NCBI GenBank assembly: GCA_041390245.1
Contig: JAWKQI010000006.1
Coordinates: forward strand, 19,968 to 83,967
Direction: 5' to 3'
Origin: Eubacteriales bacterium
GTDB taxonomy: Bacteria; Bacillota; Clostridia; Christensenellales; JAWKQI01
Length of the DNA stretch: 64,000 bases
Part shown: one piece after another, positions 43,971 to 54,826 of the stretch
Layout of the letters: each line of letters starts with the position of its first letter
Position numbering within the stretch: position 1 is the stretch's first letter
Program-made: the position numbers and the translations under genes
Notes under the pieces: model-generated
Seen by the model: the letters and a program-made list of their open reading frames with translations, nothing else
Told to the model about the DNA's origin: nothing
Databases searched by the model: none

Positions 43971-46580
43971 ATGCTAAAATTTAAAATTGTTAATGACATT
44001 GATACGCTAAAAATAGCATTAAAAACTGTACGGGACGCTGAAAAAAAATACGCGTCATATTCTCAAGAGCAAGTAGACGCAATTTTCAAGGCGGCCGCCC
44101 TTGCTGCAAACAAAGCAAGGATACCCCTTGCAAAAATGGCAGTTGATGAAACCGGTATGGGCGTTGTCGAGGATAAGGTGATAAAAAACAACTATGCTGC
44201 TGAATACATCTATAACGCCTACAAAAACACGAAAACCTGCGGCGTAATTGAAGAAGATACGGCTTTCGGGATCAAAAAAATCGCAGAACCTTTAGGTGTT
44301 ATCGCAGCAGTCATCCCGACGACAAATCCCACTTCAACCGCGATATTTAAAATACTTTTGGCCTTAAAAACTAGAAACGGGATCATAATAAGCCCTCATC
44401 CAAGGGCAAAAGGAGCGACCATCGCAGCAGCAAAGTTGATCCTTGAAGCTGCTATCGAGGCCGGAGCTCCGGAAGGTATCATCAGATGGATAGATGTCCC
44501 TTCTTTAGAGATGACCAACCTGTTGATGAAGGAAGCTGATGTAATCCTTGCTACAGGCGGCCCAAGTATGGTAAGAGCCGCTTACTCAAGCGGGAAACCG
44601 GCAATAGGAGTAGGCCCTGGGAATACACCTGCAATTATAGACAGCAGTGCAAATATACCTCTTGCGGTAAATTCTATAATCCACTCTAAGACCTTCGACA
44701 ACGGAATGATTTGTGCTTCTGAGCAGTCTGTAATCGTACTTGATAAAGTCTATACGGAGGTAAAGAATGAATTTTCCTATAGAGGCTGTTATTTCTTAAG
44801 TCCTGAAGAAACCGAAAAAGTAAGAAAAACAATAATTATAAATGGTGCTCTAAACGCAAAAATCGTCGGACAGACTGCATGTAAAATTGCTGAACTATCA
44901 GGTATCACAGTACCTGATAATACGAAGATACTCATCGGCGAGGTTACAAGCGTTGAGCTTTCAGAAGAATTCGCACATGAAAAACTGTCCCCCGTACTTG
45001 CGATGTACCGCGCGAAGAATTTCTCAGACGCACTTTTAAAAGCAGAACGTTTGATTGCCGATGGCGGTTATGGTCATACGTCCAGCGTTTATCTTAACGA
45101 GGTAATGGAAAAAGAGAAACTAGCAGAATTTTCTGAAAGAATGAAGACCTGCCGTATTCTTGTAAATACCCCTTCTTCGCACGGCGGTATAGGAGACCTA
45201 TACAACTTTATGCTTACACCCTCTCTGACGCTTGGCTGCGGTTCCTGGGGTGGTAACTCTGTGAGCGATAACGTAGGTGTCAAGCATCTTATAAACATAA
45301 AGACCGTAGCTGAAAGGAGAGAAAATATGCTTTGGTTCCGTGCGCCTGAAAAGGTGTATCTTAAAAAGGGTTGTTTACCGGTTGCGTTAAACGAACTTAA
45401 ATATGTAATGAACAAAAAGAAAGCATTCATTGTAACTGATAGTTTTCTTTATAACAATGGCTATACAAAACCCATCGAACAAAAGCTAGACGAAATGGGA
45501 ATTACGTATACTACTTTTTCAAATGTAGCTCCAGATCCCACACTTGCCTGCGCCAAGGAAGGCGCCAAACTTATGACAGCCTTTGCCCCCGACGTAATAA
45601 TTGCAGTCGGTGGCGGTTCAGCCATGGACGCAGGCAAAATCATGTGGGTAATGTACGAACATCCGGAAGCAGACTTTTTGGATATGGCAATGCGTTTTAT
45701 CGATATCAGGAAAAGAGTATATACCTTCCCCCACATGGGAGATAAAGCGTATTTCATTGCTGTTCCAACCTCGGCCGGCACTGGTAGTGAAGTTACTCCG
45801 TTCGCAGTAATAACGGATGAAACCAGCGGCGTCAAGTATCCGCTTGCAGATTATGAGCTGATGCCGAAGATGGCTATTGTGGATGCAGATATGATGATGA
45901 ACGCCCCTAAGGGATTAACCTCTGCCTCTGGTATTGACGCTTTAACACATGCCTTGGAAGCATATGCTTCCGTTATGGCAACAGATTATACAGACGGCCT
46001 TGCGCTTCGTTCTTTAAAAATGATTTTTGAATATCTGCCGCAGGCCTACGACAGTGCCGTTGCTGGCACAGCAGAACCTGTTTCCAGAGAAAAGATGGCC
46101 AATGCCGCTACCATGGCTGGTATGGCATTTGCAAATGCTTTCCTAGGCGTATGCCATTCAATGGCGCATAAACTTGGTGCTTTTCACCATCTGCCCCATG
46201 GTATTGCAAATGCTCTAATGATTAACGAGGTGCTTATCTTCAATGCTGTAGAAGCACCTAAGAAAATGGGTACGTTTTCACAATACGACCATCCGTATAC
46301 CCTTGCACGTTATGCGCAAGTCGCAGATTACCTTGGAATAACAGGAAAGACAGATGAAGAAAAATTAAAAGGCCTTATAAAGAAAATCGACGAGCTTAAA
46401 GGCTATGTCGGTATTAAAAAAACAATTAAGGATTACGGTATAGATGAAAAGGATTTCTTAAAGCGTCTTGATGAAATGACAGAGCAGGCCTTCGACGACC
46501 AGTGCACGGGCGCCAATCCGAGATATCCATTAATGAGTGAAATCAAGCAAATGTATTTAAACGCATACTACGGTAAATAA
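43971..46580 (+). CDS. adhE: Bifunctional acetaldehyde-CoA/alcohol dehydrogenase
   Basis: 869 aa from MLKFKIVND (GGGAGA RBS). The aldehyde dehydrogenase half contains the catalytic Cys in GMICASEQS. The Fe-ADH half contains GGGSAMDAGK and the HxxxH region. The track ORF start at 43830 runs through the rex2 3' end and is rejected. Confidence 0.93.
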   Translation: MLKFKIVNDIDTLKIALKTVRDAEKKYASYSQEQVDAIFKAAALAANKARIPLAKMAVDETGMGVVEDKVIKNNYAAEYIYNAYKNTKTCGVIEEDTAFGIKKIAEPLGVIAAVIPTTNPTSTAIFKILLALKTRNGIIISPHPRAKGATIAAAKLILEAAIEAGAPEGIIRWIDVPSLEMTNLLMKEADVILATGGPSMVRAAYSSGKPAIGVGPGNTPAIIDSSANIPLAVNSIIHSKTFDNGMICASEQSVIVLDKVYTEVKNEFSYRGCYFLSPEETEKVRKTIIINGALNAKIVGQTACKIAELSGITVPDNTKILIGEVTSVELSEEFAHEKLSPVLAMYRAKNFSDALLKAERLIADGGYGHTSSVYLNEVMEKEKLAEFSERMKTCRILVNTPSSHGGIGDLYNFMLTPSLTLGCGSWGGNSVSDNVGVKHLINIKTVAERRENMLWFRAPEKVYLKKGCLPVALNELKYVMNKKKAFIVTDSFLYNNGYTKPIEQKLDEMGITYTTFSNVAPDPTLACAKEGAKLMTAFAPDVIIAVGGGSAMDAGKIMWVMYEHPEADFLDMAMRFIDIRKRVYTFPHMGDKAYFIAVPTSAGTGSEVTPFAVITDETSGVKYPLADYELMPKMAIVDADMMMNAPKGLTSASGIDALTHALEAYASVMATDYTDGLALRSLKMIFEYLPQAYDSAVAGTAEPVSREKMANAATMAGMAFANAFLGVCHSMAHKLGAFHHLPHGIANALMINEVLIFNAVEAPKKMGTFSQYDHPYTLARYAQVADYLGITGKTDEEKLKGLIKKIDELKGYVGIKKTIKDYGIDEKDFLKRLDEMTEQAFDDQCTGANPRYPLMSEIKQMYLNAYYGK

Positions 46581-46591
46581 GGAGGAGGAAT

Positions 46592-47347
46592 ATGAGTAAC
46601 AATTTATATAAAGTTATCGCTGTCCAAACAAATAAAACCGTATACCGAGATGGCGACACTGTCATTAAAGTATTTGACGCTGATTTTTCCAAAGCAAATA
46701 TTTTAAATGAAGCGCTTAATCAGGCGCGTGTAGAAGAGACGGGTCTAAACGTTCCGCAGATTCTGGAAGTTATGAAAATCGACGGTAAGTGGGCTATCCG
46801 CTCGGAATTTATTCCGGGGAAAACATTGCAGCAGTTGATGAACGAGCAACCTGATAAGAAAGACAGCTACTTAAATCTATTCGTAAATACACAGATGGAG
46901 ATACATAGCAAAAAAGCTCCGATGCTCAGTAATTTGACAGATAAAATGCACCGTAAAATCAGCAGCAGCGGGCTAGATGCTACGACAAGATATGAGCTGC
47001 ACACACAGCTGGAGGGCATGGAAAGGCACAATAAGGTATGCCATGGAGATTTTAACCCCTCCAATATCATCATAAAACCGGATGGTGTACCCTATATTCT
47101 GGATTGGTCTCACGCCACCCAGGGAAATGCCTCCGCAGATGTTGCAAGGACTTATCTATTATTCTGGCTTGATGGTGAAATAGACCTTGCCGGTAAATAT
47201 CTGAATCTGTTCTGCAAAAAAAGCGATACGGCAAGACAATACGTTGAAAAATGGATACCTATAGTTGCCGCCTCTCAGCTTGTCAAAGGTAAAAAAGAAG
47301 AACGCGAATTTTTGCTCCACTGGATAGACGTTGTAAGTTACGAATAA
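46592..47347 (+). CDS. APH/choline-kinase-like phosphotransferase (putative protein kinase of the HydS module)
   Basis: 251 aa. Catalytic loop HGDFNPSNIII. Also ILDWSHA. Confidence 0.7.
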   Translation: MSNNLYKVIAVQTNKTVYRDGDTVIKVFDADFSKANILNEALNQARVEETGLNVPQILEVMKIDGKWAIRSEFIPGKTLQQLMNEQPDKKDSYLNLFVNTQMEIHSKKAPMLSNLTDKMHRKISSSGLDATTRYELHTQLEGMERHNKVCHGDFNPSNIIIKPDGVPYILDWSHATQGNASADVARTYLLFWLDGEIDLAGKYLNLFCKKSDTARQYVEKWIPIVAASQLVKGKKEEREFLLHWIDVVSYE

Positions 47348-47363
47348 TCAGGAGGTAAATTTT

Positions 47364-47606
47364 ATGAAAATAACTATTTGTATCGGCAGTTCGTGTCACT
47401 TAAAAGGTTCACGTCAGGTTGTGGAACAGCTTCAATATATGATAGCTGAAAATAACTTAAAAGATAAAATCGAGCTTGCGGGAACGTTTTGTATGGGAAA
47501 ATGCCAAACCGGCGTCAATGTATCTATAGGTGATAAAGACTTTTCCGTTTCACCGGAGACAGTTGGCAGTTTCTTTGAAAACGAAGTTCTTAAAAGGCTT
47601 AAATAG
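47364..47606 (+). CDS. Small thioredoxin-like [2Fe-2S] ferredoxin-domain protein
   Basis: 80 aa with four Cys (ICIGSSCHLKG...FCMGKC). Paralog of 54525-54773. Confidence 0.7.
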   Translation: MKITICIGSSCHLKGSRQVVEQLQYMIAENNLKDKIELAGTFCMGKCQTGVNVSIGDKDFSVSPETVGSFFENEVLKRLK

Positions 47607-47620
47607 ATAAGGAGAGAAAA

Positions 47621-49303
47621 ATGTCGGAAGTACTTAAATTAAAAAAATCAAATTGTAAAAATTGTTACAAATGCATCCGGCATTGCCCTGTCAAGTCCAT
47701 TCGCTTTTCAGGGAACCAGGCGCATATAGTCGGAGATGAATGTATCCTCTGCGGGCAGTGCTTTGTAGTATGCCCGCAAAATGCCAAGCAGATCGCCGAC
47801 GGAACAGAGATAATTAAAGTTCTTTTATGCGAGGATGCGCCGGTTATAGCTAGTGTAGCACCATCCTTTGCGGCATATTTCGAAGGTATAGGCTTTTCCT
47901 CACTTAAGGAATCTCTTTGCAAGCTGGGCTTTACATCTGCAGAAGAAACAGCGATCGGGGCAACACTGGTAAAACGGGAATATGAGAAGCAGCTTAAAGA
48001 AAAAGCAGAGGATGTAATCATATCCTCCTGCTGCCATTCGGCTAATCTGCTGATACGAAAGTATTACCCAGACCTTTTAAAATACCTCTCTCCCGTCGTA
48101 TCGCCGATGATCGCACACAGTATTGATATAAAGCGCCGGCTGCCAAACGCAAGAACAGTGTTCATAGGGCCATGTCTTTCAAAAAAGGATGAGGCGGAAA
48201 ACAGCCCTGTCGATGCAGTCTTAACGTTTGACGAATTATCCAGAATGTTTGACATGGCAAAATGCCAGCCCCAAAAAGAAATGGACTTAATTGAAGAAAG
48301 CAGGGCCCGCCTCTTCCCCACAGTCGGCGGCATACTTAAAACTATGGACATTCCAGATACCGGATACACTTGTATGACAGTAGACGGTACGGACAATTGC
48401 CGGGCAGCATTAGATGATATTGCAGCAGGTAATATCCATAATTGTTTTATAGAAATGTCCTCCTGTGCCGGAAGCTGCATCGGCGGCCCGGTTATGGAAA
48501 AATATAAAAACTCACCCGTCCGCCATTTTCAGGATGTTACATCATATGCGGGAAAGAAAGATTTTAACGTTTCAAAGCCGAAGGAAGACGCATTATTTAA
48601 ACATCATTCTTATATCGGCAGCGTCAAGTATATGCCATCTGAAGCTGAAATTAAAGAAGTGCTTAAAAAGACCGGAAAACTAAAACCCGAGGACGAGCTG
48701 AATTGCGGAAGCTGCGGCTATAATACCTGCCGGGAAAAAGCTATTGCAGTTTGTCAGGGTAAAGCAGACGTCAGTATGTGTTTGCCTTTCCTAATGAATA
48801 AAACAGAGCGCCTCTCCAATACGATCTTAGACAACTCACCTAACGGTCTGCTCGTCGTAAACGAAAATCTTGAAGTACAGCAAGTTAATAGTGCCGCGAT
48901 GAAAATGCTCCACATCAATCATGAGTCGGATGTTTTGGGTGAACTGCTCGTACGCGTTATGGACCCTATTCATTTTATCAATGTATTGGATAACGGCAAG
49001 ATGATCAAGGAACAGCGCGATTATTATGCTGAATTCCAAAAATACCTTGAATTGACAGTAGTCCACGACAAGACAACTCATGTTCTTATAGCAATTATCA
49101 GAGACGTGACAGAAGGTGAAGAAGAGCGGCTCAAAAAAGAGGAAATCGGGCGTCAGACCGTTGAAATAGCGGACCAGGTTGTAGATAAGCAGATGCGCAT
49201 AGTACAGGAAATTGCCTCACTTCTTGGAGAAACAACGGCAGAGACCAAGATTGCATTAACAAAGTTGAAGGAGTCGATAGCTCATGTTGAAAAAGACGAG
49301 TGA
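47621..49303 (+). CDS. hydS: Sensory [FeFe]-hydrogenase-like protein HydS (2x[4Fe-4S], H-cluster domain, extra Cys motif, PAS)
   Basis: 560 aa. CKNCYKCIRHCP and CILCGQCFVVCP. H-cluster motif variants SSCCHS, GPCLSKKDE and EMSSCAGSCIGGP. Extra Cys motif CGSCGYNTC...C. C-terminal PAS-like segment. Confidence 0.8.
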   Translation: MSEVLKLKKSNCKNCYKCIRHCPVKSIRFSGNQAHIVGDECILCGQCFVVCPQNAKQIADGTEIIKVLLCEDAPVIASVAPSFAAYFEGIGFSSLKESLCKLGFTSAEETAIGATLVKREYEKQLKEKAEDVIISSCCHSANLLIRKYYPDLLKYLSPVVSPMIAHSIDIKRRLPNARTVFIGPCLSKKDEAENSPVDAVLTFDELSRMFDMAKCQPQKEMDLIEESRARLFPTVGGILKTMDIPDTGYTCMTVDGTDNCRAALDDIAAGNIHNCFIEMSSCAGSCIGGPVMEKYKNSPVRHFQDVTSYAGKKDFNVSKPKEDALFKHHSYIGSVKYMPSEAEIKEVLKKTGKLKPEDELNCGSCGYNTCREKAIAVCQGKADVSMCLPFLMNKTERLSNTILDNSPNGLLVVNENLEVQQVNSAAMKMLHINHESDVLGELLVRVMDPIHFINVLDNGKMIKEQRDYYAEFQKYLELTVVHDKTTHVLIAIIRDVTEGEEERLKKEEIGRQTVEIADQVVDKQMRIVQEIASLLGETTAETKIALTKLKESIAHVEKDE

Positions 49304-50468
49304 TCTTTGTGCTGATATCGGATACATGTTTTTAAATCATGCAGGGGAACAACTCTGCGGTGACCATGTAGAGATAGTAGAACAAGGTGAAAATTCCATG
49401 ATCGTTGTTTTAGCGGATGGGCTTGGTAGCGGCGTCAAGGCTAGTATTCTATCAACGCTGACTGCAAAAATCATTTCCACAATGCTTGCCGAAGGGCTAA
49501 AACTTGAAGACGCTGTTGAAACGATAGCCGCCACCTTGCCCGTATGTTCGGTCCGTGGGATTGCATATTCCACCTTCACCGTCATTAGGATTGTAAATTA
49601 TAAGCGTGCAGAAATTATCCAGTATGACAATCCTAAAGTTATTCTATTGCGTGATGGCCAGGACTTTGAGTTCCCGTATACAGTGCTTGATATCGGAGGA
49701 AAGAAAATCTATTGTTCTGACATCTCACTAAAAAAAGACGATGTATTTATAGCTATGAGTGACGGCGTTGAGCATGCCGGTGTCGGCGGTGTCTGGAATT
49801 TTGGCTGGAAACGTGAAGATATTGCCAAATTTATGGAGAACTTCTGGCACGTAGGATATACTGCCAAAACGCTCACAACTATTCTAATAAATGAAGTCAA
49901 TAAGCTATACAACGGAAAACCTGGTGACGATGCAACAGTATGTACCGTACGTATCCGAAAACGCGTTCCTATGAATTTACTGCTAGGCCCGCCTTCCAAC
50001 CGCGACGACTGTAAACGAATGATGTCTTTATTCTTTGCAAAGGAAGGCAAGCATATCGTATGCGGTGGAACGACATCTACCATTGCGTCGGAGTATTTAA
50101 AAAAGCCGATAGTCCCGGATTTAAAATATCTAGACCCTAAAATACCCCCCACAGCAACTATTGATGGTGTGGAGCTGGTCACAGAAGGCATGATCACGGT
50201 AAACCGCGTTTTAGAATATGCAAAAAATTATCTGGCAGACAATAAATCATACGAACAGTGGAGCTTTAAGAAAGACGGCGCATCGAAAATCAGCCGTATG
50301 CTTTTCGAAGAAGCTACAGACATTAACTTTTTTGTAGGCCGTGCCATTAACCCGGCACACCAAAATCCGAATCTGCCTATAAATTTTAGTATAAAAATGC
50401 AGCTTGTTGAAGAATTATCTGACTGCCTAAAAAAAATGGGAAAAAAGATAAAAGTCAGTTATTTTTAA
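49284..50468 (+). CDS. SpoIIE/PP2C-family serine phosphatase with ~190-aa C-terminal extension
   Basis: 394 aa. Contains GDHVEIV...VLADGLGSGVKASI...MSDGV. Overlaps the hydS end by 20 nt. Confidence 0.78.
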   Translation: MLKKTSDLCADIGYMFLNHAGEQLCGDHVEIVEQGENSMIVVLADGLGSGVKASILSTLTAKIISTMLAEGLKLEDAVETIAATLPVCSVRGIAYSTFTVIRIVNYKRAEIIQYDNPKVILLRDGQDFEFPYTVLDIGGKKIYCSDISLKKDDVFIAMSDGVEHAGVGGVWNFGWKREDIAKFMENFWHVGYTAKTLTTILINEVNKLYNGKPGDDATVCTVRIRKRVPMNLLLGPPSNRDDCKRMMSLFFAKEGKHIVCGGTTSTIASEYLKKPIVPDLKYLDPKIPPTATIDGVELVTEGMITVNRVLEYAKNYLADNKSYEQWSFKKDGASKISRMLFEEATDINFFVGRAINPAHQNPNLPINFSIKMQLVEELSDCLKKMGKKIKVSYF

Positions 50469-50479
50469 GGAGGAAACAA

Positions 50480-50971
50480 ATGAACGGTCAATTTGATTTC
50501 GCAGTGGTCGACGAGATTTTGTCAGCCAACGAAAACAATCCGCGGGCGATTATATCGATCCTGCAGGAAATTCAAGAACATTATCATTACATTCCAAGAG
50601 AGGTATTCCCCTATATGGCAAACTGGCTTGGAATCAGCGAAGCAAAAGCTTACAGCGTGGCAACATTCTATGAAAATTTTTCACTGGAGCCGAAGGGAAA
50701 ATACGTTATCAAAGTATGCGATGGTACAGCATGCCATGTCAGGCATTCTGTCCCTATCTTAGAGCGGCTTAGATCGGAGCTTGGATTGTCTGCTTCCAAA
50801 AAGACCACTGACGATTTAAATTTCACAGTGGAAACAGTATCCTGCCTCGGTGCCTGCGGCCTTGCACCAGTCATAACGGTTAATGATAAGGTTTATCCCT
50901 CTATGACGCCTGACAAGGCTTCGGAGTTGCTTGAAAGCTTAAAGGAGGAACTAAGCCATGATAAAAAATAG
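50480..50971 (+). CDS. hydC: NuoE-like [2Fe-2S] subunit of electron-bifurcating [FeFe]-hydrogenase
   Basis: 163 aa with the Cys pattern VCDGTACH...SCLGACGLAP. Confidence 0.88.
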   Translation: MNGQFDFAVVDEILSANENNPRAIISILQEIQEHYHYIPREVFPYMANWLGISEAKAYSVATFYENFSLEPKGKYVIKVCDGTACHVRHSVPILERLRSELGLSASKKTTDDLNFTVETVSCLGACGLAPVITVNDKVYPSMTPDKASELLESLKEELSHDKK

Positions 50972-52829
50972 AAAAGAACTCATTGCGTTTAGAGCCGCAG
51001 TTAAAAAGACTTTTGACTCGCAGACAAAAAAAATACTGGTTTGCGCAGGCACAGGGTGCATCGCCGGCGGTTCTTTAGGGATTTATGACAGATTGTCTGA
51101 AATTATGGCTGAAAAGGGTCTGCCATATTCAGTAGAACTTGAGGAAGAAGCGCATGATGAGTCTGTCGGCCTAAAAAAATGCGGCTGTCACGGTTTTTGT
51201 GAAATGGGGCCTTTAGTTCGCATCGAACCTCAAGGGTGGCTTTATACAAAGGTAAAAAAGGAAGACTGTGAAGAAATTATAGATACCACCATTATCGGCG
51301 GTAAACTTATTGACCGCCTGGCATATAAGAAAAACGGTGAAGTGTATCCAAAACAAGAAGATATCCCGTTTTACAAAAAGCAAACCAGGGTGGTCCTAGA
51401 GCATTGCGGACATATCGATGCAGACTCTATTTCAGAGTATATAGCAGTTGGAGGATATTCCGCTTTTGAAAAAGCGTTATTTGAAATGAGCGGAGACGAA
51501 ATAGTTAAAGAAGTTAAAGATTCTGGGCTTCGCGGAAGAGGTGGCGCAGGCTTCCCCGCCGGTATCAAATGGGAGACCGTTAGAAAAATAGAATCAGACC
51601 AGAAATATATACTTTGCAACGGTGACGAAGGTGACCCCGGTGCCTTTATGGACAGAAGCATTATGGAAGGGGATCCCCACCGCGTGCTGGAAGGTATGAT
51701 GATAGCCGGCCTTGCAACTGGTGCCTTAAAAGGATACATATATGTACGTGCCGAATACCCCATGGCAGTCTCCCGCCTTAAGAATGCTATTAAACAGGCA
51801 GAAGAGCTCGGGCTTTTAGGTGACAATATCTTAGGAAGTGATTTTAGCTTTAATATTCATATCAATCGCGGCGCCGGCGCTTTTGTATGCGGCGAAGAAA
51901 CCGCTCTTATCGCTTCCATTGAGGGCGAACGCGGTTTCCCACGGGTACGTCCCCCGCTTACTGTCGTCAAAGGTCTTTTCGGCAAACCTACAGTCCCTAA
52001 TAACGTTGAAACCTATGCAAACGTACCGGAAATTATAAATAAAGGTTCTAAGTGGTTTAATAGTATAGGAAACCCAAATAACTCCGGTACAAAGGCATTT
52101 GCCCTAACAGGCAATATTGAAAATACCGGCCTTATAGAAGTACCTATGGGAACTACCCTCCGTGAGGTCATCTACGACATCGGGGGCGGCTGCCGCGATG
52201 GTGCAGATTTTAAAGCAGTACAGATAGGAGGCCCGTCGGGCGGCTGCCTTACAAAGGAACATCTGAACCTCCCTCTTGATTACGACTCTTTAAAATCAGT
52301 AGGCGCGATTATAGGGTCTGGCGGCCTTGTAGTTATGGATGAACATACCTGTATGGTTGAGGTAGCACGTTTCTTTATGCACTTTACGCAAAATGAATCC
52401 TGCGGTAAGTGCGTGCCGTGCCGCGAAGGTACCAAGCGGATGCTTGAAATCTTAGAGCGCATTGTCTCAGGCGAAGGTAAGGAAGGTGATATTGAAACGC
52501 TGCTGGAGCTGTCAGATATGATAATTTCAACTGCACTTTGCGGCCTTGGTAAAACCGCTCCAAACCCTATTCGCAGTACGATTAGGAGCTTTAGGGATGA
52601 ATACGAAGCCCATATTCGCGGGATATGCCCTACCGGTAACTGTAAGAAGCTTAAAAAAATACAAATAGATCCGGAAAAATGCAAAGGATGCTCTAAATGC
52701 TCCAAAGTATGTCCTGTACATGCAATCTCCGGAAAAATAAAAGAACCGTTTACTATCGATCAATCGAAATGTATCAAATGTGAAGCGTGCATCGGCACTT
52801 GTCCGTTTAACGCAATTAAGGAGGTCTGA
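50958..52829 (+). CDS. hydB: NuoF-like FMN/NAD(H)-binding subunit of bifurcating [FeFe]-hydrogenase
   Basis: 623 aa. GRGGAGFP, ESCGKCVPCREG and two C-terminal CxxCxxCxxxCP motifs. Confidence 0.9.
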   Translation: MIKNRKELIAFRAAVKKTFDSQTKKILVCAGTGCIAGGSLGIYDRLSEIMAEKGLPYSVELEEEAHDESVGLKKCGCHGFCEMGPLVRIEPQGWLYTKVKKEDCEEIIDTTIIGGKLIDRLAYKKNGEVYPKQEDIPFYKKQTRVVLEHCGHIDADSISEYIAVGGYSAFEKALFEMSGDEIVKEVKDSGLRGRGGAGFPAGIKWETVRKIESDQKYILCNGDEGDPGAFMDRSIMEGDPHRVLEGMMIAGLATGALKGYIYVRAEYPMAVSRLKNAIKQAEELGLLGDNILGSDFSFNIHINRGAGAFVCGEETALIASIEGERGFPRVRPPLTVVKGLFGKPTVPNNVETYANVPEIINKGSKWFNSIGNPNNSGTKAFALTGNIENTGLIEVPMGTTLREVIYDIGGGCRDGADFKAVQIGGPSGGCLTKEHLNLPLDYDSLKSVGAIIGSGGLVVMDEHTCMVEVARFFMHFTQNESCGKCVPCREGTKRMLEILERIVSGEGKEGDIETLLELSDMIISTALCGLGKTAPNPIRSTIRSFRDEYEAHIRGICPTGNCKKLKKIQIDPEKCKGCSKCSKVCPVHAISGKIKEPFTIDQSKCIKCEACIGTCPFNAIKEV

Positions 52830-52831
52830 AC

Positions 52832-54523
52832 ATGAGCCGCGAGTTTGTAACGATAGACGGAATACCCGTTGAAATTGAAAACGAAAAAAACCTTTTAGAG
52901 CTTATACGCAAGGCCGGCATTAAAATGCCAACCTTCTGCTACCATTCAGAACTATCGGTTTATGGCGCATGCCGGATGTGTATGGTCGAAAACGAAAGAG
53001 GAATTCTGGAAGCTGCATGCTCCACTCCCCCGCGTCCCGGTATGTCTATAAAGACAAATACCGAAAGGCTGCGCAAGTATAGGAAGATGATACTGGAGCT
53101 GCTGCTTGCCAATCATTGCCGCGATTGCACCACCTGTGACAATAATGGAAAATGCAAACTTCAAGATCTTGCTATGCGCTTTCATATAGACGGTGTTCGT
53201 TTCCCGAATACCTCACCTGAACCGATAGTAGACGATTCCTCGCTTTGTATCATAAGAGATGCAAGCAAGTGTATTCTATGCGGCGACTGCGTTAGGGTCT
53301 GCAATGAAATTCAAAATGTAGGCGCGATAGACTTTGCCAAAAGAGGTTCTAAAATGACTATCAGCACAGCATTCGACATCCCGATTTCTGAATCTCCGTG
53401 TGTCGGCTGCGGGCAGTGTTCGGCAGTTTGCCCGACAGGCGCAATCGTAGTCAGAAACGATACAGATAAAGTATGGGACGCACTTAATACGGAAAATGTA
53501 AAAGTATCTGTCCAGGTAGCCCCTGCAGTCCGCGTGGGTATTGGCAAAGAACTTGGAATTGGCAACGGCGAAAACGCTATGGGAAAAATCGTAGCCGCCC
53601 TGCACCGCATGGGCTTCGACGAGGTTTACGACACTACGACCGGCGCCGACCTTACCGTCCTGGAAGAATCAGAAGAATTTCTCCACCGGCTCGAAGAAGG
53701 AACCGGGATTCCGCTGTTTACCTCCTGCTGCCCGGCATGGGTACGCTATTGTGAAAAGAATCATCCGGAACTGCTTCCAAATGTATCGACCTGCCGCTCC
53801 CCTATGGAAATGTTCGGGGCGATACTTAAAGAACAGAGCAAATACGCATCGAGAAAATTGTTCCATCTTGCCGTTATGCCGTGTACAGCAAAAAAATTCG
53901 AAGCCGCACGGGAAGAATTTAAGATGAACGGGGAAAAAAACGTAGATGCGGTAATAAGCACTCAGGAGCTTATCCACATGATCAAGGAATCCGGCGTTAT
54001 CTTTAGCGAATTAGAACCAGAAGCAGTAGATATGCCGTTTGGAACTATTTCCGGAGCCGGTGTGATATTCGGTGTAACCGGAGGCGTTACGGAAGCCGTT
54101 TTAAGAAGGGTTACTTCGGATAAAACAAAGACAGCGCTCCTTGCCGCCGCGCAGACAGGCGTTAGAGGTACGGACGGTATCAAAGAGTTGACACTTCCGT
54201 ATGGAACAGCAAAACTTCATATAGCTGTTGTCAGCGGCCTTGCTAATGCAGAAAGTATCATAGAACGCATAAATAACGGCGAACACTTTGATCTGGTGGA
54301 GATTATGGCATGTCCCGGTGGGTGTGTCTGCGGAGCTGGCCAGCCGTTTGCCGTTTCTTCTGAAAAAGAACAGCGTGCAAAAGGCCTTTATGCGGCAGAC
54401 CGTGTTTCGAGCATACGGCGCTCAGAAGAAAATCCGCTTATGATGACTTTATATGAAGGGCTGCTTAAAGGTAAAGTCCATGAACTGCTGCATGTTGATT
54501 ATGCAAATAAGGAGGGTAACTGA
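52832..54523 (+). CDS. hydA: [FeFe]-hydrogenase catalytic subunit (multimeric, NADH-dependent type)
   Basis: 563 aa. N-terminal 2Fe-2S and 4Fe-4S motifs. H-cluster motifs FTSCCPAW, MPCTAKKFE and EIMACPGGCVCGAGQP. Confidence 0.92.
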   Translation: MSREFVTIDGIPVEIENEKNLLELIRKAGIKMPTFCYHSELSVYGACRMCMVENERGILEAACSTPPRPGMSIKTNTERLRKYRKMILELLLANHCRDCTTCDNNGKCKLQDLAMRFHIDGVRFPNTSPEPIVDDSSLCIIRDASKCILCGDCVRVCNEIQNVGAIDFAKRGSKMTISTAFDIPISESPCVGCGQCSAVCPTGAIVVRNDTDKVWDALNTENVKVSVQVAPAVRVGIGKELGIGNGENAMGKIVAALHRMGFDEVYDTTTGADLTVLEESEEFLHRLEEGTGIPLFTSCCPAWVRYCEKNHPELLPNVSTCRSPMEMFGAILKEQSKYASRKLFHLAVMPCTAKKFEAAREEFKMNGEKNVDAVISTQELIHMIKESGVIFSELEPEAVDMPFGTISGAGVIFGVTGGVTEAVLRRVTSDKTKTALLAAAQTGVRGTDGIKELTLPYGTAKLHIAVVSGLANAESIIERINNGEHFDLVEIMACPGGCVCGAGQPFAVSSEKEQRAKGLYAADRVSSIRRSEENPLMMTLYEGLLKGKVHELLHVDYANKEGN

Positions 54524-54524
54524 T

Positions 54525-54773
54525 ATGACAGAGTTACGTATCTGTATCGGAAGTTCCTGCCACCTAAAGGGCTCCTATAATGTTCTTCAAACTTTCCGCC
54601 ACTTGATAGAAGAAGAAAAGCTATATGACAAAATCGAGCTAAAAGCGACGTTTTGTATGAAAGAATGCCACCGGCCCGGTGTTTCTGTAACGCTAAATGG
54701 CGAAAACTACAGCATTCCAGCCGAAAGTGCAAGGGAGTTCTTTAAGACAAAAGTCCTGCCAGCTATAAATTAG
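54525..54773 (+). CDS. Small thioredoxin-like [2Fe-2S] ferredoxin-domain protein (paralog)
   Basis: 82 aa from MTELRICIGSSCHLKG...FCMKEC. ATG lies 1 nt after the hydA stop, with AGGAGGG upstream. Confidence 0.7.
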   Translation: MTELRICIGSSCHLKGSYNVLQTFRHLIEEEKLYDKIELKATFCMKECHRPGVSVTLNGENYSIPAESAREFFKTKVLPAIN

Positions 54774-54826
54774 TTTATTCGTTATATCCGTATGGACGGT
54801 TATAACCCTCCGCGCATACGAGTATT